Origin: Macrostomum lignano
Lineage: Eukaryota
Reading direction: 5' to 3'
DNA: 64,000 nucleotides
Assembly (NCBI GenBank): GCA_002269645.1
Contig: NIVC01002693.1
Coordinates: forward strand, 62,001-126,000
Positions 23,626 to 37,400 of this stretch are shown here, in pieces (the first letter of the stretch is position 1; every line of letters begins with the position of its first letter). The position numbers and the translations under genes were made by a program. Below the pieces are notes generated by a model that worked only from the letters and a program-made list of their open reading frames with translations, was not told where the DNA came from and searched no databases.

Positions 23626-24799
23626 AAAACCCGGTCACTGCTGGTAAAGCCCCCATTCAGCGCTATTCAAAGAGCAATTTAAAGCAAATCACAGCCGTTT
23701 AGAAATCAAAAGTTCAGCCTCATCATGCCAAAAATCTGATATTACCAATAATCATTTTCTTCTTGATGATCTTGCCAATAAACCTCGGGCAGAACGCATG
23801 TGTAGTGACCTTCGCAAAAGTTCTATACCGTACGATGTTTATTTCTAGAAAATTCTGCGATAGAACACGAGTTAAATTCTAGAAACTTCTTTTATTAGCT
23901 ATTTCTAATCTTGTAGTAAATAAATCTACTCAATAGATATTTAATTACTGTAATTTATGATCATGCTAAATATGAATACCATACGTACGATACTAACTAT
24001 AGAGTTTGTTTTACTGCACTAGAACGATTCCAGAAATTTCCGGAAGACCAAATTACAGTATAAATATACAGTATCCGAATCAGCATTTTTCTCCAAGCCT
24101 CTTCGATACTCAAGCAGCTCAAGTGCTAACACAAAGAAGCAAAAACAAAGGCGAACCACCGCCTAGCTCTGCCTTCTTCCTTTCTCAGTTGCTACACATG
24201 CATATACGAGTTGCTTGATCCGTTCGTATTTCTGAAGTACGCAAAGTGGGGATGCTGCGAATTTCGTGAAGAATTTAAACCATCAGTTTAGGAGGGGAAG
24301 GGAAGGCACTGCTACCGATCGTGAGGGGGTGGAAGCTGGGCTGCCATTTTCCCTACTGGGAGAGAGGCGCACATTTTTTGCCCCAATTGCGCAGTCAAGC
24401 TGCACTCATTGGTCTGTGGTAAAAGCGTTCGGAACAGCTGTTGTATTTCGTCAGCAGTTGCTTATTGTCTTGATTTAAAATAATTGGCCTGAGACACTTG
24501 GCCGATCACGCTAGCGGCGATCCGGGCCTTAATTCCTAAAAAGTTCTGCCCCAGAATGTGCGATTGCTGTTGGGTACCAATTTTTATTAATGATATTCAA
24601 TTTTGGGTGAGAGGTCGATTTGATTCCAAGATTTCCTATTCATCTCTAAAAACTATTCATTACTATCGACTGAGGAAAAATGCCAGAAGCATCCGTGCTG
24701 GAGAGATGGAGAGACAAGTAAAGAGAGGTACAGACAGGTAAAGAAGGTAGAGAGAGAGAGAGAGAGAGAGAAGCAGAGGATTCTCTCTAAATCTTCTCA

Positions 24800-26090
24800 A
24801 CCTAAACAGAAAGATTAGTTAGAGAGATGGAAAGCGTTAGAGAGACAACAGCAAAACACGCAGCCCCAGTAAGTCAGTGGATGGCGCGCCGAAACGTCAG
24901 CGAGCGGACAAAGTCCGGCGCGCGCCTTTTGACGGTGTCGGGCGCCCCAGCGTCGCTCAGGATGCAGTCCACGTATCTCCGGGTCCTCGCTTGACCCCGC
25001 CTGATCGGTCCGGGCAAAGTGAGCAGCACGACATTTTGGACAGGCTGGGGGCAACAGCTCTTAGCCCGGATCACGTGGTCTGCCAGTTAGAGTCGCCGCC
25101 GGCGCAGGATGGTGGATGGGTGCTGCAGCTCTCGTACAGGGCCTCAAACCGGCCGCTCTCGTCAGCTTGAAAAGTTGCACCGAGTACGCCGAGTTCAGCT
25201 GAAACTCTGGCGTGGCCTCGGGCGATCGGGCAGCGCCTTGGACTGAAGCATCGACGACCGTCAGGCCGCCCAGGCGAGTCCTCTGCGTCGCCGGATGTCG
25301 TCCACAACGATGGGCACCGGACCGCCGAGGTAGGTGAACCGCTGGCAAGCGCTCTGGTTCAGTCGTCTGCCCGTCTGCACCGCTCGGATATCGGCTGGGA
25401 TGGTCAGCACCTCGATCTTCAGCGTGTTGAGAACTGGGCCGACGCTTGAAGCCACTTGGACCAACCTGTCCGTCTGGCGCTGGGCGCCTTCATCAGTTGA
25501 GGACAGGTCAAGGTCGTCGGTAGGTCGTCGGTGTAGCCCAGCGACGGACCAATGCGTCTGCGCCGCAGGAAGCCGTCGCCTGCTGCGGGGAGTTCAGAAG
25601 CACTCCTGACGGAGTTTCAAACAGGTCGGACTCGCGATACAGCGACGTCCAGCGGCTGCGGTCCGATAGGCTCGCAGGACGAAAGGCAGCGCGGCGGCTC
25701 TCAGCACTCAGTCTAGCGCCTTCCGGAAGTCGACAAATACAATGATCAGCGTTGTCTGGTGGTTGGGAACCTCCTCGATGACACGGCGGAGTTCGGAGAC
25801 CTGCAAACACGGCTCCAGCACTGACTGCAGACGGTCGAGCAGCAGTCAATCAAAAGCTTCACGTGTACAGGAAATCAGTGAGGTGCCTCGCTGGCACGAG
25901 GTGCGCTACGGTCGATTCGGTGAGCAAGTAGCCGCCGGCAAGCCCGCGGTTCATGACGCCAGTGACTTGAGAAGCCTCATAGCGGAGCCGCAACGCCTCG
26001 ACTGGAACTTCGTCTGGGCCGAGCGCCTTGCTGCCTGCCTGGTGTTCTCTGAGCGAGCAGCACAACGTCCTCCGTGGTGATTGTTTTGGT
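24800..26090 (-). mobile_element. Degenerate 5'-truncated RTE-like LINE (reverse transcriptase relic)
   Basis: SKALGPDEVPVEALR (RT entry motif) and FTYLGGPVPIVVDDIRRRRGLAWAA, with many frameshifts and a (CT/CTAA)-rich tail near 24750-24840. Confidence 0.7.
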
Positions 26091-26239
26091 GCATGTAGGG
26101 CTGTTCGTGACGGCAAATTTTTCGGGGTTCGGGGTTTCCGGTTTCCCGGAAGAAGCCGGAAGGAGCCAAAGAAGACAAAGAGGTTGCGAAAAAGTTGGCA
26201 GCGGCCGAAAAAGCGGAACCCAACGGAATCAAGCGAAGT

Positions 26240-27285
26240 GTTTATTATTTTGTTTAGGCGAGTGTTTATATCTTTGTTTTGGCGAGTGTTTATTTATTTG
26301 TTTAGGCGTGTTTATTTATTCGTTTAGGCGAGTGTTTATTTATTTGTTTAGGCGAGTGTTTATTATTTTGTTTAGGCGAGTGTTTATTATTTTGTTTAGG
26401 CGAGTGTTTAATATTTTGTTTAGGCGAGTGTTTATTAATTTTTTTAGGCGAGTGTTTATTTATTTGTTTAGGCGAGTGTTTATTTATTTGTTTAGGCGAG
26501 TGTTTATTTATTTGTTTAGGCGAGTGTTTATTTATGTGTTTAGGCGAGTTTTTATTTATTTGTTCAGTCTAGTGTTTATTTATTCGTTTAGGCGAGTTTA
26601 AATTTTTATGTTTAAGCGAGTGTTTATTTATTTGTTGATGTGAGTGTTTATTTATTTGTTTAGGCGAGCTTTTATTTATTCGTTTAGGCGATTGAATATA
26701 TTTTTAATTTAGGCGAGTGTTTTATTTGTTTGTTTAGGCGAGTGTTTATTTATGTGTTTAGGCGAGTGTTTATTTATTTGTTGATGTGAGTGTCTATTTA
26801 TTTGTTTAGGCGAGTGTTTATTTACTTGTTTAGGCGAATGTTTTTTTCTTTGTTTAGGCGAGTGTTTATTTATTTGTTTAGGCGAGTGTTTATTTATTTG
26901 TTTAGGCGAGTGTTTATTTATTTGTTTAGGCGAGTGTTTATTTATTTGTTTAGGCGAGTATTTATTTTTTTGTTTAGGCGAGTGTTTATTTATTTGTTTA
27001 GGCGACTGTTTATTTATTTGTTTAGACGAGTGTTTATTTATTTGTTTAGGCGAGTGTTTATTTATTTGTTTAGGCGAGTGTTTATTTATTTGTTTAGGCG
27101 AGTGTTTATTTATTTGTTTAGGCGAGTATTTATTTTTTTGTTTAGGCGAGTGTTTATTTATTTGTTTAGGCGACTGTTTATTTATTTGTTTAGACGAGTG
27201 TTTATTTATTTGTTCAGGCGAGTGTTTATTTCTTTGTTTAGGCGACTCCTTATTTATTTGTTTAGGCGAGTATTTATTTATTGGT
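26240..27285. repeat. 24-bp satellite (TTTAGGCGAGTGTTTATTTATTTG)n
   Basis: 8-aa periodicity FIYLFRRV; direct reading. Confidence 0.95.
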
Positions 27286-27949
27286 TCGTAAAAAACAATA
27301 AAATTAAAAAATATTGTGAAATGGAAGCGGAGACAAGCCGGGCCGGTTGCAGGGGCTTAAGCCGGCCGGCGCGGCCAACACCCCCACACCTCAATCCCCG
27401 CCAGAGTACAGAAGCATGTGCAGCGGCACCCCCCGGAGCGTCTAACACACCTTAATCAGAGAGTAACGATTGCAATAAACACACTGTTGGTTAAACTACA
27501 GCGCTTTTTGTGTTTTACTTTATTTGGAAACATTTTTGGCGCCGACTAAGATAAAAAATAAATCAAAATCCTATATACTAAAATGGCTCAACCGATTTTG
27601 TTCGAACTTGCACTGTTTGATCAGAAAATTTTCCGTGACGGTACATGCAACGTGGCTAAGAAATTGCTCGATGCTAAAGGGATCAAATATTCGAAAAACA
27701 TGCTTTCTTTGCAAAGGTCAAGCAGCTCTTTCGACTTGAAATGCATTGTAAGAATGCTAGAGAAAAAACTGACTGGTTGAATTCTGATTCTAAAAAAGAT
27801 TGCATCACAACAGGCTTTTTATTTATCGTCTGTGCACTGGCTGAATTTTAACGCTGAATTGAATTGCGTCACTGCATTGAAAACGCAGTGTGGAAGCATA
27901 GCTCAATACTTGATTTATATTGCGTAACCAATAGAGACTTGCTGGATTA

Positions 27950-28490
27950 CTGCACTTGATAAACTAAAAATTTTTGCACTTGATAAACCAAGGATCATTG
28001 CACTTGATAAACCAAGGATTACTGCGCTTGATAAACCAAGGATTACTGCACTTGATAAACCAAGGATCATTGCACTTGATAAACCAAGGATTACTGCACT
28101 TGATAAACCAAGGATTACTGCACTTGATAAACCAAGGATTACTGCACTTGATAAACCAAGGATTATTGCACTTGATAAACCAAGGATTACTGCACTTGAT
28201 AAACCAAGGATTACTGCGCTTGATAAACCAAGGATTACTGCGCTTGATAAACCAAGGATTACTGCACTTGATAAACCAAGGATTACTGCGCTTGATAAAC
28301 CAAGGATTACTGCGCTTGATAAACCAAGGATTACTGCCCTTGATAAACCAAGGATTACTGCACTTGATAAACCAAGGATTACTGCACTTGATAAACCAAG
28401 GATCATTGCACTTGATAAACCAAGGATTACTGCGCTTGATAAACCAAGGATTACTGCACTTGATAAACCAAGGATTACTGCACTAGATTA
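27950..28490. repeat. 24-bp satellite (GCACTTGATAAACCAAGGATTACT)n, degenerate to ~28700
   Basis: 8-aa periodicity; direct reading. Confidence 0.95.
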
Positions 28491-28789
28491 GAAAGGGCTA
28501 TTGCACTAGCTGAGACATTAATTTTTGGACTTGATGAGTAAAGGATTATTGCACTAGATGAGTAAATGATTATTTCACTAGCTGAGAAGCTGATTATTGC
28601 GCTGTCTAAAAAAGAGATTATTGCGCTCGCTGAGACGTGGATTGTTGCACAACCTGAGAAAGCGATTATTGCATTAGCGGAGGTAAAATTTGCACTAGCT
28701 ACTTGCTGTCTGGTGGATGCTTGCTCTCGAGGGGGTACTTGCTATTTGGGAGAGGGGGGTACTGGCTACATGTATTGGATTCTTACTAT

Positions 28790-30175
28790 CCAGGGATGCT
28801 TGCTATTTAGGGATTCTTGCTATCTGCAGGATGCTTGCTATCTTGGTGGATGCTTCAACAATATCTGGGGGATGCTTGCTATCTGCAGAATGCTTGCTAT
28901 CTTGGTGGATGCTTCAACAATATCTGGGGGATGCTTGCTATCTGCAGGATGCTTGCTATCTTGGTGGATGCTTCAACAATATCTGGGGGATGCTTGCTAT
29001 CTGCAGAATGCTTGCTATCTGGGTGGATGCTTCAAAAATATCTGGGGGATGCTTGCTATCTGCAGAATGCTTGCTATCTGGGTGGATGCTTTAACAATAT
29101 CTGGGGGATGCTTGCTATCTGCAGAATGCTTGCTATCTGGGTGGATGCTTTAACAATATCTGGGGATGCTTGCTATCTGCAAAATGCTTGCTATCTGGGT
29201 GGATGCTTTAACAATATCTGGGGGATGCTTGCTATCTGCAGAATGCTTGCTATCTGGGTGGATGCTTCAAAAATATCTGGGGGATGCTTGCTATCTGCAA
29301 AATGCTTGCTATCTGGGTGGATGCTTTAACAATATCTGGGGGATGCTTGCTATCTGCAGAATGCTTGCTATCTGGGTGGATGCTTCAACAATATCTGGGG
29401 GATGCTTGCTATCTGCAGAATGCTTGCTATCTGGGTGGATGCTTTAACAATATCTGGGGGATGCTTGCTATCTGCAGAATGCTTGCTATCTGGGTGGATG
29501 CTTCAACAATATCTGGGGGATGCTTGCTATCTGCAGAATGCTTGCTATCTGGGTGGATGCTTTAACAATATCTGGGGGATGCTTGCTATCTGCAGAATGC
29601 TTGCTATCTGGGTGGATGCTTCAACAATATCTGGGGGATGCTTGCTATCTGCAAAATGCTTGCTATCTGGGTGGATGCTTTAACAATATCTGGGGGATGC
29701 TTGCTATCTGCAGAATGCTTGCTATCTGGGTGGATGCTTCAAAAATATCTGGGGGATGCTTGCTATCTGCAAAATGCTTGCTATCTGGGTGGATGCTTTA
29801 ACAATATCTGGGGGATGCTTGCTATCTGCAGAATGCTTGCTATCTGGGTGGATGCTTCAACAATATCTGGGGGATGCTTGCTATCTGCAGAATGCTTGCT
29901 ATCTGGGTGGATGCTTTAACAATATCTGGGGGATGCTTGCTATCTGCAGAATGCTTGCTATCTGGGTGGATGCTTTAACAATATCTGGGGGATGCTTGCT
30001 ATCTGCAGAATGCTTGCTATCTGGGTGGATGCTTTAACAATATCTGGGGGATGCTTGCTATCTGCAGAATGCTTGCTATCTGGGTGGATGCTTCAACAAT
30101 ATCTGGGGGATGCTTGCTATCTGCAAAATGCTTGCTATCTGGGTGGATGCTTTCTATCTGGGTGGATGCTTGCTG
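28790..30175. repeat. 59-bp satellite built from ~20-bp GATGCTTGCTATCTG subunits
   Basis: ORF starts recur every 118 bp (2 x 59). Confidence 0.93.
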
Positions 30176-31039
30176 TCTTGGGAATATTTTATATTTAGGG
30201 GAAATGTCTGTTATCTTTGTGAAAGCCATATTTTGATGTCTGTTTGTTAATTTTAGAAAAAAAGATATTCATAGCAAACATCTTTGTCCGTGACAATTTA
30301 CATGAATAAGGTGATTTATAAAACTAAATAAGGAATTGGTTCTTAAGGAAATGTGCTTTTTTAATTGTTTTCCATGAACTATTTTTCACGACCGAAGGGG
30401 GGCCGCACTAGATTGCTAGTACACAGCTAATAATGACGGATAATAATGTGTTGGGTAATTCCTTGCCTCCAAAAACTTGTGTCCAAAGCCAAAAGGCTTG
30501 AAAATAATACAGCCCCAAGTTTTTTATACGTAATGGATTTCTAACAGCTGGTCTTTACAATTTTACAGAAATGTTCTTTGGAAAAAATGAAGATTCGATC
30601 ATTGTATGGAAATTCCATGTAGCTCAGCTCGTAGTCAGCAGTAAGACAGTCAGTGGAAGGCTTACTATGAAACAACTGCTATGTACAAAGCTCGTAATTA
30701 CATATAGCTGTATGCTGATAGGAGCAATTAATTTTTTGCAATTAAATACTGATGGCTGGTGCATAAAGACTGATAAAAACACGTGTTAAAATAATTCCAC
30801 ATGACTTTTTAGGCATCAACATCAAGGAATTTCGTTATTTCCAAAACAATTTGTAGTACAGCTTGCTATTTTTACTTCTTTCCCGATGCCATAGGCAACT
30901 TAAATATATCTGAAGGTCTGGAGGTCAGTTGTCAGCCAGATTTGACTCTTTTTAAAGAATCTAAAGATAGAATTAAAGAATCTTATTTAAAGAATAAGTT
31001 AACATTGCGAGAAATTAACTTAAAAGTGATAATTGCGTG

Positions 31040-31230
31040 AAACCCAAAAACCCCAAAAATACCCGGTGGCCAATCCCGACCCGAACCCCCGAACCCGGTA
31101 CCCGTACCCCAAATCCCGAAACCCGAACCCGGTACCCGTACCCCAAATCCCGAAACCCGAACCCGGTACCCCTATCCAAAATCCCGAACCCCGAACCCAG
31201 GAACCAAAAGCCGACCCGAACCCCGAACAC
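31040..31230. repeat. CCCGAA/CCCGTA short-repeat cluster
   Basis: ACCCGAACCCCGAACCCGGTACCCGTACCCC repeats, a pattern often seen in DNA-transposon subtermini. Confidence 0.6.
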
Positions 31231-32291
31231 CCACCCCTTATGCAGAACTTCTCCTCAGAATGTGTGTCGGTAAAGCAAAGTTGGCGGGCAGCGGCGGCGT
31301 TCTCAATACCGGCGAAGAATTGTGACGCAGTTTTTCCTGCGCTTCTCTGCCGGCCAGGTTCAGCGCCAGGCGCCTCTTGCGCCCCCGCCAGTGTCCGAAC
31401 GGCTGCTGTGATTGACCGGACGGCGTTGTCAACTGCAGCCTGTATCCGCTCGTACGAAAGATGCGCAAAGGATTCTTTGGCTGCGGGCCGTCAGTTTCTC
31501 CGAGAACGCTCGAGAGACAGGTAGAGAGAGGGGGAGAGTGATAGAGAGAGGGAGAGAGAGAGAGGTAGAGAGGAGGAGAGAGAAGTAGATAGGTAGACAG
31601 ATGTAGAGAGAGATCGCAAAAAGGATGGCACTTTAGTTGAACTCAAAGGTTTTGTGCAGGCTATTTTCTGTGTGTCGTTTAAACAGTTTTTTCTGCAAGC
31701 CACGCAGCAGTTTCAATGCACAGCAGCGCGTGCGGATATTGTAAGTTTTAGCATAGATGATTGCTACATTGTGCTTGGGTTCGTGATGACGCGTGAAGTC
31801 ACAGCCAAATGTGACCGCCGCCTCCAACATCCGAGCGCCGGTAGATACTCACAGTTTTGATATTCAAAGTGAGCATGAAAGTTTCTGCACTAAAATCGGC
31901 TCCATCGTGCAACCCAGTGAGCAACAATTCATACTTTATGCGTACATTCGCATGTACACGAAATACCAACGGTGTGACTGCACGACTCACCCGTATCATC
32001 CAAATCGTTGGATCGGCATTCGGACACATTACTGTTCGACCCTGCATGGCATTTACAGTTCCGGCAAGCTCAGGTTGTAACAAAGTCAACCAACTTTTTA
32101 AAATCACATTCGAAACTTCCGAAAATGCAGCCATCAGTGTTGTTTCACAGCTTGCTGCTACACCTTTTGCGCACAATTGGTTGCCTTGAGCACGATTCAA
32201 TCACATTTTTCTGAGCAGCTAAGCGAATTTATCATTGGAAAGTGGTTGGTCCACATCCACAGGACTCGGACTCGGCCGGTGCACTGCGGCA
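31231..32291. repeat. Segment A copy 2, directly joined to a 120-bp block matching 5211-5326
   Basis: Matches 343-1287, then AATTGGTTGC..GCACTGCGGCA. It includes a truncated DIRS-like gag frame (31231-31490, minus). Confidence 0.93.
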
Positions 32292-32731
32292 ATACATTGA
32301 AGCTTCAAAAAGTCCGGAAGATGTAAAGTTGCTTTATAACAAATTTATATAGTTTAAGTTTTTGTGACATAGTTTCATGTAACAAGTTTTTAAGTGCTTT
32401 AAAAATTATATATAACCTTTACTGTGTAGCCAAAATCCTGAATTGAAACAATATTTTGATTTCCACAACGGGTCACAAAGATGGGGCGTGAGGGACAAAA
32501 CACTCGCATGTCCCCCACAGTTTTTCTGGTGGGACATGCATGACCCCCAGCTCCACCCGGTGGCGATGCCCCAGACAAAGGGTTTTAACCCGGCCGATTT
32601 TACCTCAATGACCATGTAAAGAATCTATAGCTTATAAGTGGGACAGATGAGAAAGAAAAGGTAAGAGGGCTTGAGAAGATCGGACAGAGGAGATGATCAT
32701 TAGAGAAGAAAGCAGAGGCGAGAGAGGAAAT

Positions 32732-32903
32732 CAGGGGCGCACTCAGGGTGCCTCCTTTTTGCAGAGGCCTGAGAAATGACGACAGGGGTAATCAAGCGCA
32801 TTACGCCAAAATAGAGAGCCTTCCCTTCCGCCCTCTATTACAGTAATAGGTCTTTTATACCCTCTGCGGAATCCCCCTCAAAAGATTTCTGGTTGCGCCA
32901 CTG
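32732..32903. mobile_element. Possible short MITE
   Basis: CAGGGGCGCACTCAG versus the reverse complement of CTGGTTGCGCCACTG. No TSD seen. Confidence 0.3.
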
Positions 32904-33549
32904 GAGGAGTTTAGAAGAGAAGCGAAGAGAGTCGAGGCGATCGAGTCGAGAGAGGTCGAAGTGAGCCAGAAGCTACATATCTAAGAGGATTAAAAATAGA
33001 GTTAAATGAACTCATGAGCAGACCGGGCATTGCTAAGTTGAATTCTTCAAAAGGACCCCGGGCCGGGCCGGATCTAGATCGAGGCTTTGCGGCCTGGCCA
33101 CATCAGGCCGCAGGCTCCTGGCTTGAACCTACATTAATTGGTTTCGTCCTGAACTGAAGTGAATGGCGTGTAATTTTCGAGTGTAAATTTCAGTATTGAA
33201 TGCCTAGGCTTTGACAAAATTAAACTGTAATTCCATGCATCTACAGCAGGATCTGTACAAAAGATCTAATCGCTAGCTACATGCATCCGGTTAATCAAAT
33301 GGATTCAAATCTGGCTCTTAAATTTAATGTACACATGAGGCAAAAAACTGAGTTCTCCAGTTTGGCAATCATTAGCCTAACTGCTTCGATTCTTGAACCA
33401 CCGCTTCAAACTCGCTCACGTGTAAATGTTGGCATTGATGGCCACAACTGCTAACGACTCGAAATCGTTAACACTGTTGTCCCCAAGGCTGCAATTAAGT
33501 CCCCAAAACTTTTAATTATTTGGTTTTTAGCACCGCTGCGAGGACGGTC

Positions 33550-34492
33550 GATCCTGATGCCCAATCCTGATCTTCAATCCTGATCGCCAATCCTGATCCG
33601 CAAACCTGATCCCCAATCCTGATCCCCAATCCTGATCCCCAATCCTGATCTCCAATCCTGATCCCAAATCCTGATCTCCAATCCTGATCTCCAATCCTGA
33701 TCTTCAATCCTGATCTCCAATCCTGATCTTCAATCCTGATCTCCAATCCTGATCCCCAATCCTGATCCCCAATCCTGATCTCCAATCCTGATCTCCAATC
33801 CTGATCTTCAATCCTGATCTCCAATCCTGATCTTCAATCCTGATCTCCAATCCTGATCCCCAATCCTGATCCCCAATCCTGATCTCCAATCCTGATCTCC
33901 AATCCTGATCTTCAATCCTGATCTCCAATCCTGATCTTCAATCCTGATCTCCAATCCTGATCTTCAATCCTGATCTCCAATCCTGATCTCCAATCCTGAT
34001 CTTCAATCCTAATCCCCAATCCTGATCTTCAATCCTGATCTCCAATCCTGATCTTCAATCCTGATCTCCAATCCTGATCCCCAATCCTGATCCCCAATCC
34101 TGATCTCCAATCCTGATCTCCAATCCTGATCTTCAATCCTGATCTCCAATCCTGATCTTCAATCCTGATCTCCAATCCTGATCTTCAATCCTGATCTCCA
34201 ATCCTGATCGCCAATCCTGATCCTCAATCCTGATCCCTAATCCTGATCCCCAATCCTGATCTCCAATCCTGATCCCCAATCCTGATCCTCAATCCTGATC
34301 CCCAATCCTGATCCCCAATCCTGATCCTCAATCCTGATCCCCAATCCTGATCCCCAATCCTGATCCTCAATCCTGATCCCCAATCCTCATCCTCAATCCT
34401 GATCCCCAATCCTGATCCCCAATCCTGATCTCCAATCCTGATCCCCAATCCTGATCTCCAATCCTGATCTCCAATCCTGATCCTCAATCCTG
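33550..34492. repeat. 13-bp satellite (AATCCTGATC[CT][CT]C)n, left part, interrupted by the fold-back element
   Basis: Same unit and orientation as 8860-9510 and 51039-51465. Confidence 0.95.
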
Positions 34493-37400
34493 ACTACTAA
34501 GGACTGGCAGATGTGTTGATTTTGGGAGGGGGGTGGGTGTCAACCCTCCTCGCCTCTCATTGGCTGGCGCCCCGATCACTAGGTGATCGATACCCGTATC
34601 GATATCGGCGCTCGGCGCGCGCGCCGCAGGCGCGTGGCGCCAAGCGCCGTCCAGCCGCAGGCGCACCCTCCCGATATTAGATCCCAATAAATCAATCAGA
34701 TCCCAAATCAATCAGATCCCAAATCAATCAGATCCCAAATCAATCAGATCCCAAATCAATCAGATCCCAAGCGCACCCTCCTGAGCCGCAGACGCCCATG
34801 CCGCAGGCGCCCCGAGTGTACACTCTCCCGAGCCAAAGGTACACTCTCCCCAGTACACTCTCCCCAGTACACTCTCCCGATATGTACACTCTCCCACTCT
34901 CCCGATATGGGTGTACACTCGCCCAATACAGGTGTACACTCTCCCGATATGTAGTCAACGATACGTACCCCGCAGGCACCCTATACCTCACGCCCTGCCC
35001 CCACCTAGCCTCTTCCCCTCTCTCACCCACATCTCAACTAGCGAAATCGAACCCAGGTCGCGCCCATACTAGGCCACTACACGGTTTGGGGGTATAGGGA
35101 GCGAGAAGTTTTAACCCTGATGCTGACGCAGCCCTGTACAGTGAGCGTGTACGGGCAGAGAGGGGTGGGGCGGACAGAGAACTAGCCACTAGGTTGTTAT
35201 ACTGTTGAAGCATAGGGAGCGAGAAGTTTTAACCCCGATGCTGACGCAGCCCTGTACAGTGAGCGTGTACGGGCAGAGGGTGGGTGGAAAGAGATGTGAA
35301 TAACACAGCCTGCTGCAGGAGCCGGATAGAGAGGCGCATGCTAGGACAGAGAGACAGTGTGAGTCACACACACACCCACAGAGAGAGCCGTACAGAGGAT
35401 AGAGAGCTCCCTCCCCAGTTGCAGGGGACAGAGAGGCAGGCAGGGTATGCAGGGGCATGCGAACAGTCAAGGGGCCACGCGAGGATAGAATGGAGGAGCA
35501 GAGATGTGTATGGACAGAGAGCAGGCCACGCGTGCGTAGTGTGAGGGAACAGAAACATATGGAGCAGGAGGGAGATAGGAAGCAAACGCGCAGGGTAAGG
35601 GAGCCACACAGGGCGGTACAGTGAGACACGGGCAGGGGTGGAGCCGTGCGTGGACAGAGCTGAACGGCATGGTCAGCTGCAGGAATAGGATGATAGAGAG
35701 GCGCGGATAGGAGGGACAGAGAGCAGTGTGCAGGGGTAGGCAGCCACGCTGGCAGGGAACAGAGGCGCGTGTAGCCAGTTGCAGCCCGGGACAGAGAAGT
35801 GTGAAGGGGGCCTGGGACAGAGTTCCGAGCAAGGCACAGAGAGGTAGGGTCCGGTAGCCATGTATAGACAGGGACCCACGCGAGGGCAGGACAGGGGAGT
35901 AGACATGCAAGTTGCATGCAAGGCCAGAGAGGTGTGCGCGGAGGGAGACAGAGAGCAGTGTGTAGGGGTAGGTAACAGCAAACTTTAGTAGAGGTGCGTG
36001 CGGGGACGGAGAAACCAGTCTGAGCGTACAGAGACGTTACAGAGAGGTACACAAACAGAGAACAAAGCGAGCAGAGCACATGTGTAGGCGCAGAGACGTG
36101 AGGGAGAATCGACCAAAACACGCTATGTATTATCAAAAGTTGGTTTTAGTGCAGCATATTTAATAGTGGGTAGTATAATAGTATGTACATAGTAGGTATA
36201 ATGGTAGTAATAATAGTAAGTATATTAGCCCAAAAGGTAGGCTAAAACAGGCTAAACTGTGTGTACGCATCCTCATCACCCCACAAGCCCCCTCTCCCGC
36301 CAGATTCACTCTTCCAAACCCTCCTGTATTGCTGTATGAAGGAAAATATAGTGTAAAAATACAGATGTTAACCGTCAGACCGCTGAAATCAGGGCACACT
36401 AGAGGGGGTTTCGGGGTCTGCATGCTCTATGTAAGCTGCTTGAGGAGGTTCCAAGGGCGTTGTGAGGGTTTCCATTATGTTTTGAAAAAACTAGGGGCTT
36501 AAATACAACGTTTTATTCAAAAAGTAGGTTATTTTAATGAAATAGCTGACACAATCATTGTCGAGAGTAGAAATTTTTATAAGAAACCAGGCATTTTAGC
36601 AAAAATAAACCTTCAAACCACATAAAATTGAATAAAAAGCAGACATTTTCAATTATAAACCGCAAGTATTTTAATAGAAAAGTAAGCAAACAAGGCACAA
36701 AAGCAGCAAATTTTACCTTTTTTATTTTAATGTTACTGTTAAGGTAGAGAGTAGAAACTTGTGAGCTGTACGGAGTTAGAAAGTATTAACCATTATGTAT
36801 CGTATGAATTATTAGTTCAGTACCAGCCATTGGTCAAGCGAGCATTTATGAAGTTATTACGAGTGATGAAGGGATAGAGAGCTATATACAGGAAGACAGT
36901 ATCCTTCTAAACCACCACGAACAGATTGCTAATACAGATAAGCTTTGTCTGTGTGCAGTATGAGTAAGCGAAGGCGGGGCAAATACTTTTCCACATGCCG
37001 GACAGAACAGTATTGTGCTAGGATTTCTCTCGAAATCGCGGTACGTTACTAGTTTTTATCACACCATCCAGATGCGTCAACTAGTCAGCAGTAGTCATTT
37101 ATATGTTATTAGAACTTACAAACCCAGGTCAGGTAAATATTACAAAGAGTATATTACGTACACACGCCAACTCCGAATACCAAGCCATACTAGTCTACTT
37201 GCAGTGCTCCTGGAGGGAAGGGACGGTCAAGAGTTACACACCAAGAATGCATTCACACAAAGAGTACACCACTCGAGCCCCGTCCATGCGCCCCGATATG
37301 TATGACGCAGGCAACCCTCCCGACATGTATGCCGCAGGCGACCCTCCCGACATGTACCCAACATGTATGTCGCAGGCGACCCTACTGACATGTACCCCGA

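Noticed and set aside
26240-27285. TTAGGC telomere-like motif
   Set aside because: It occurs once per 24-bp AT-rich unit, not as a tandem hexamer.
30388-30420. Helitron-like 3' end (CGAAGGGGGCCGCACTAG..CTAGT)
   Set aside because: The hairpin is poor and no matching 5' end was identified.
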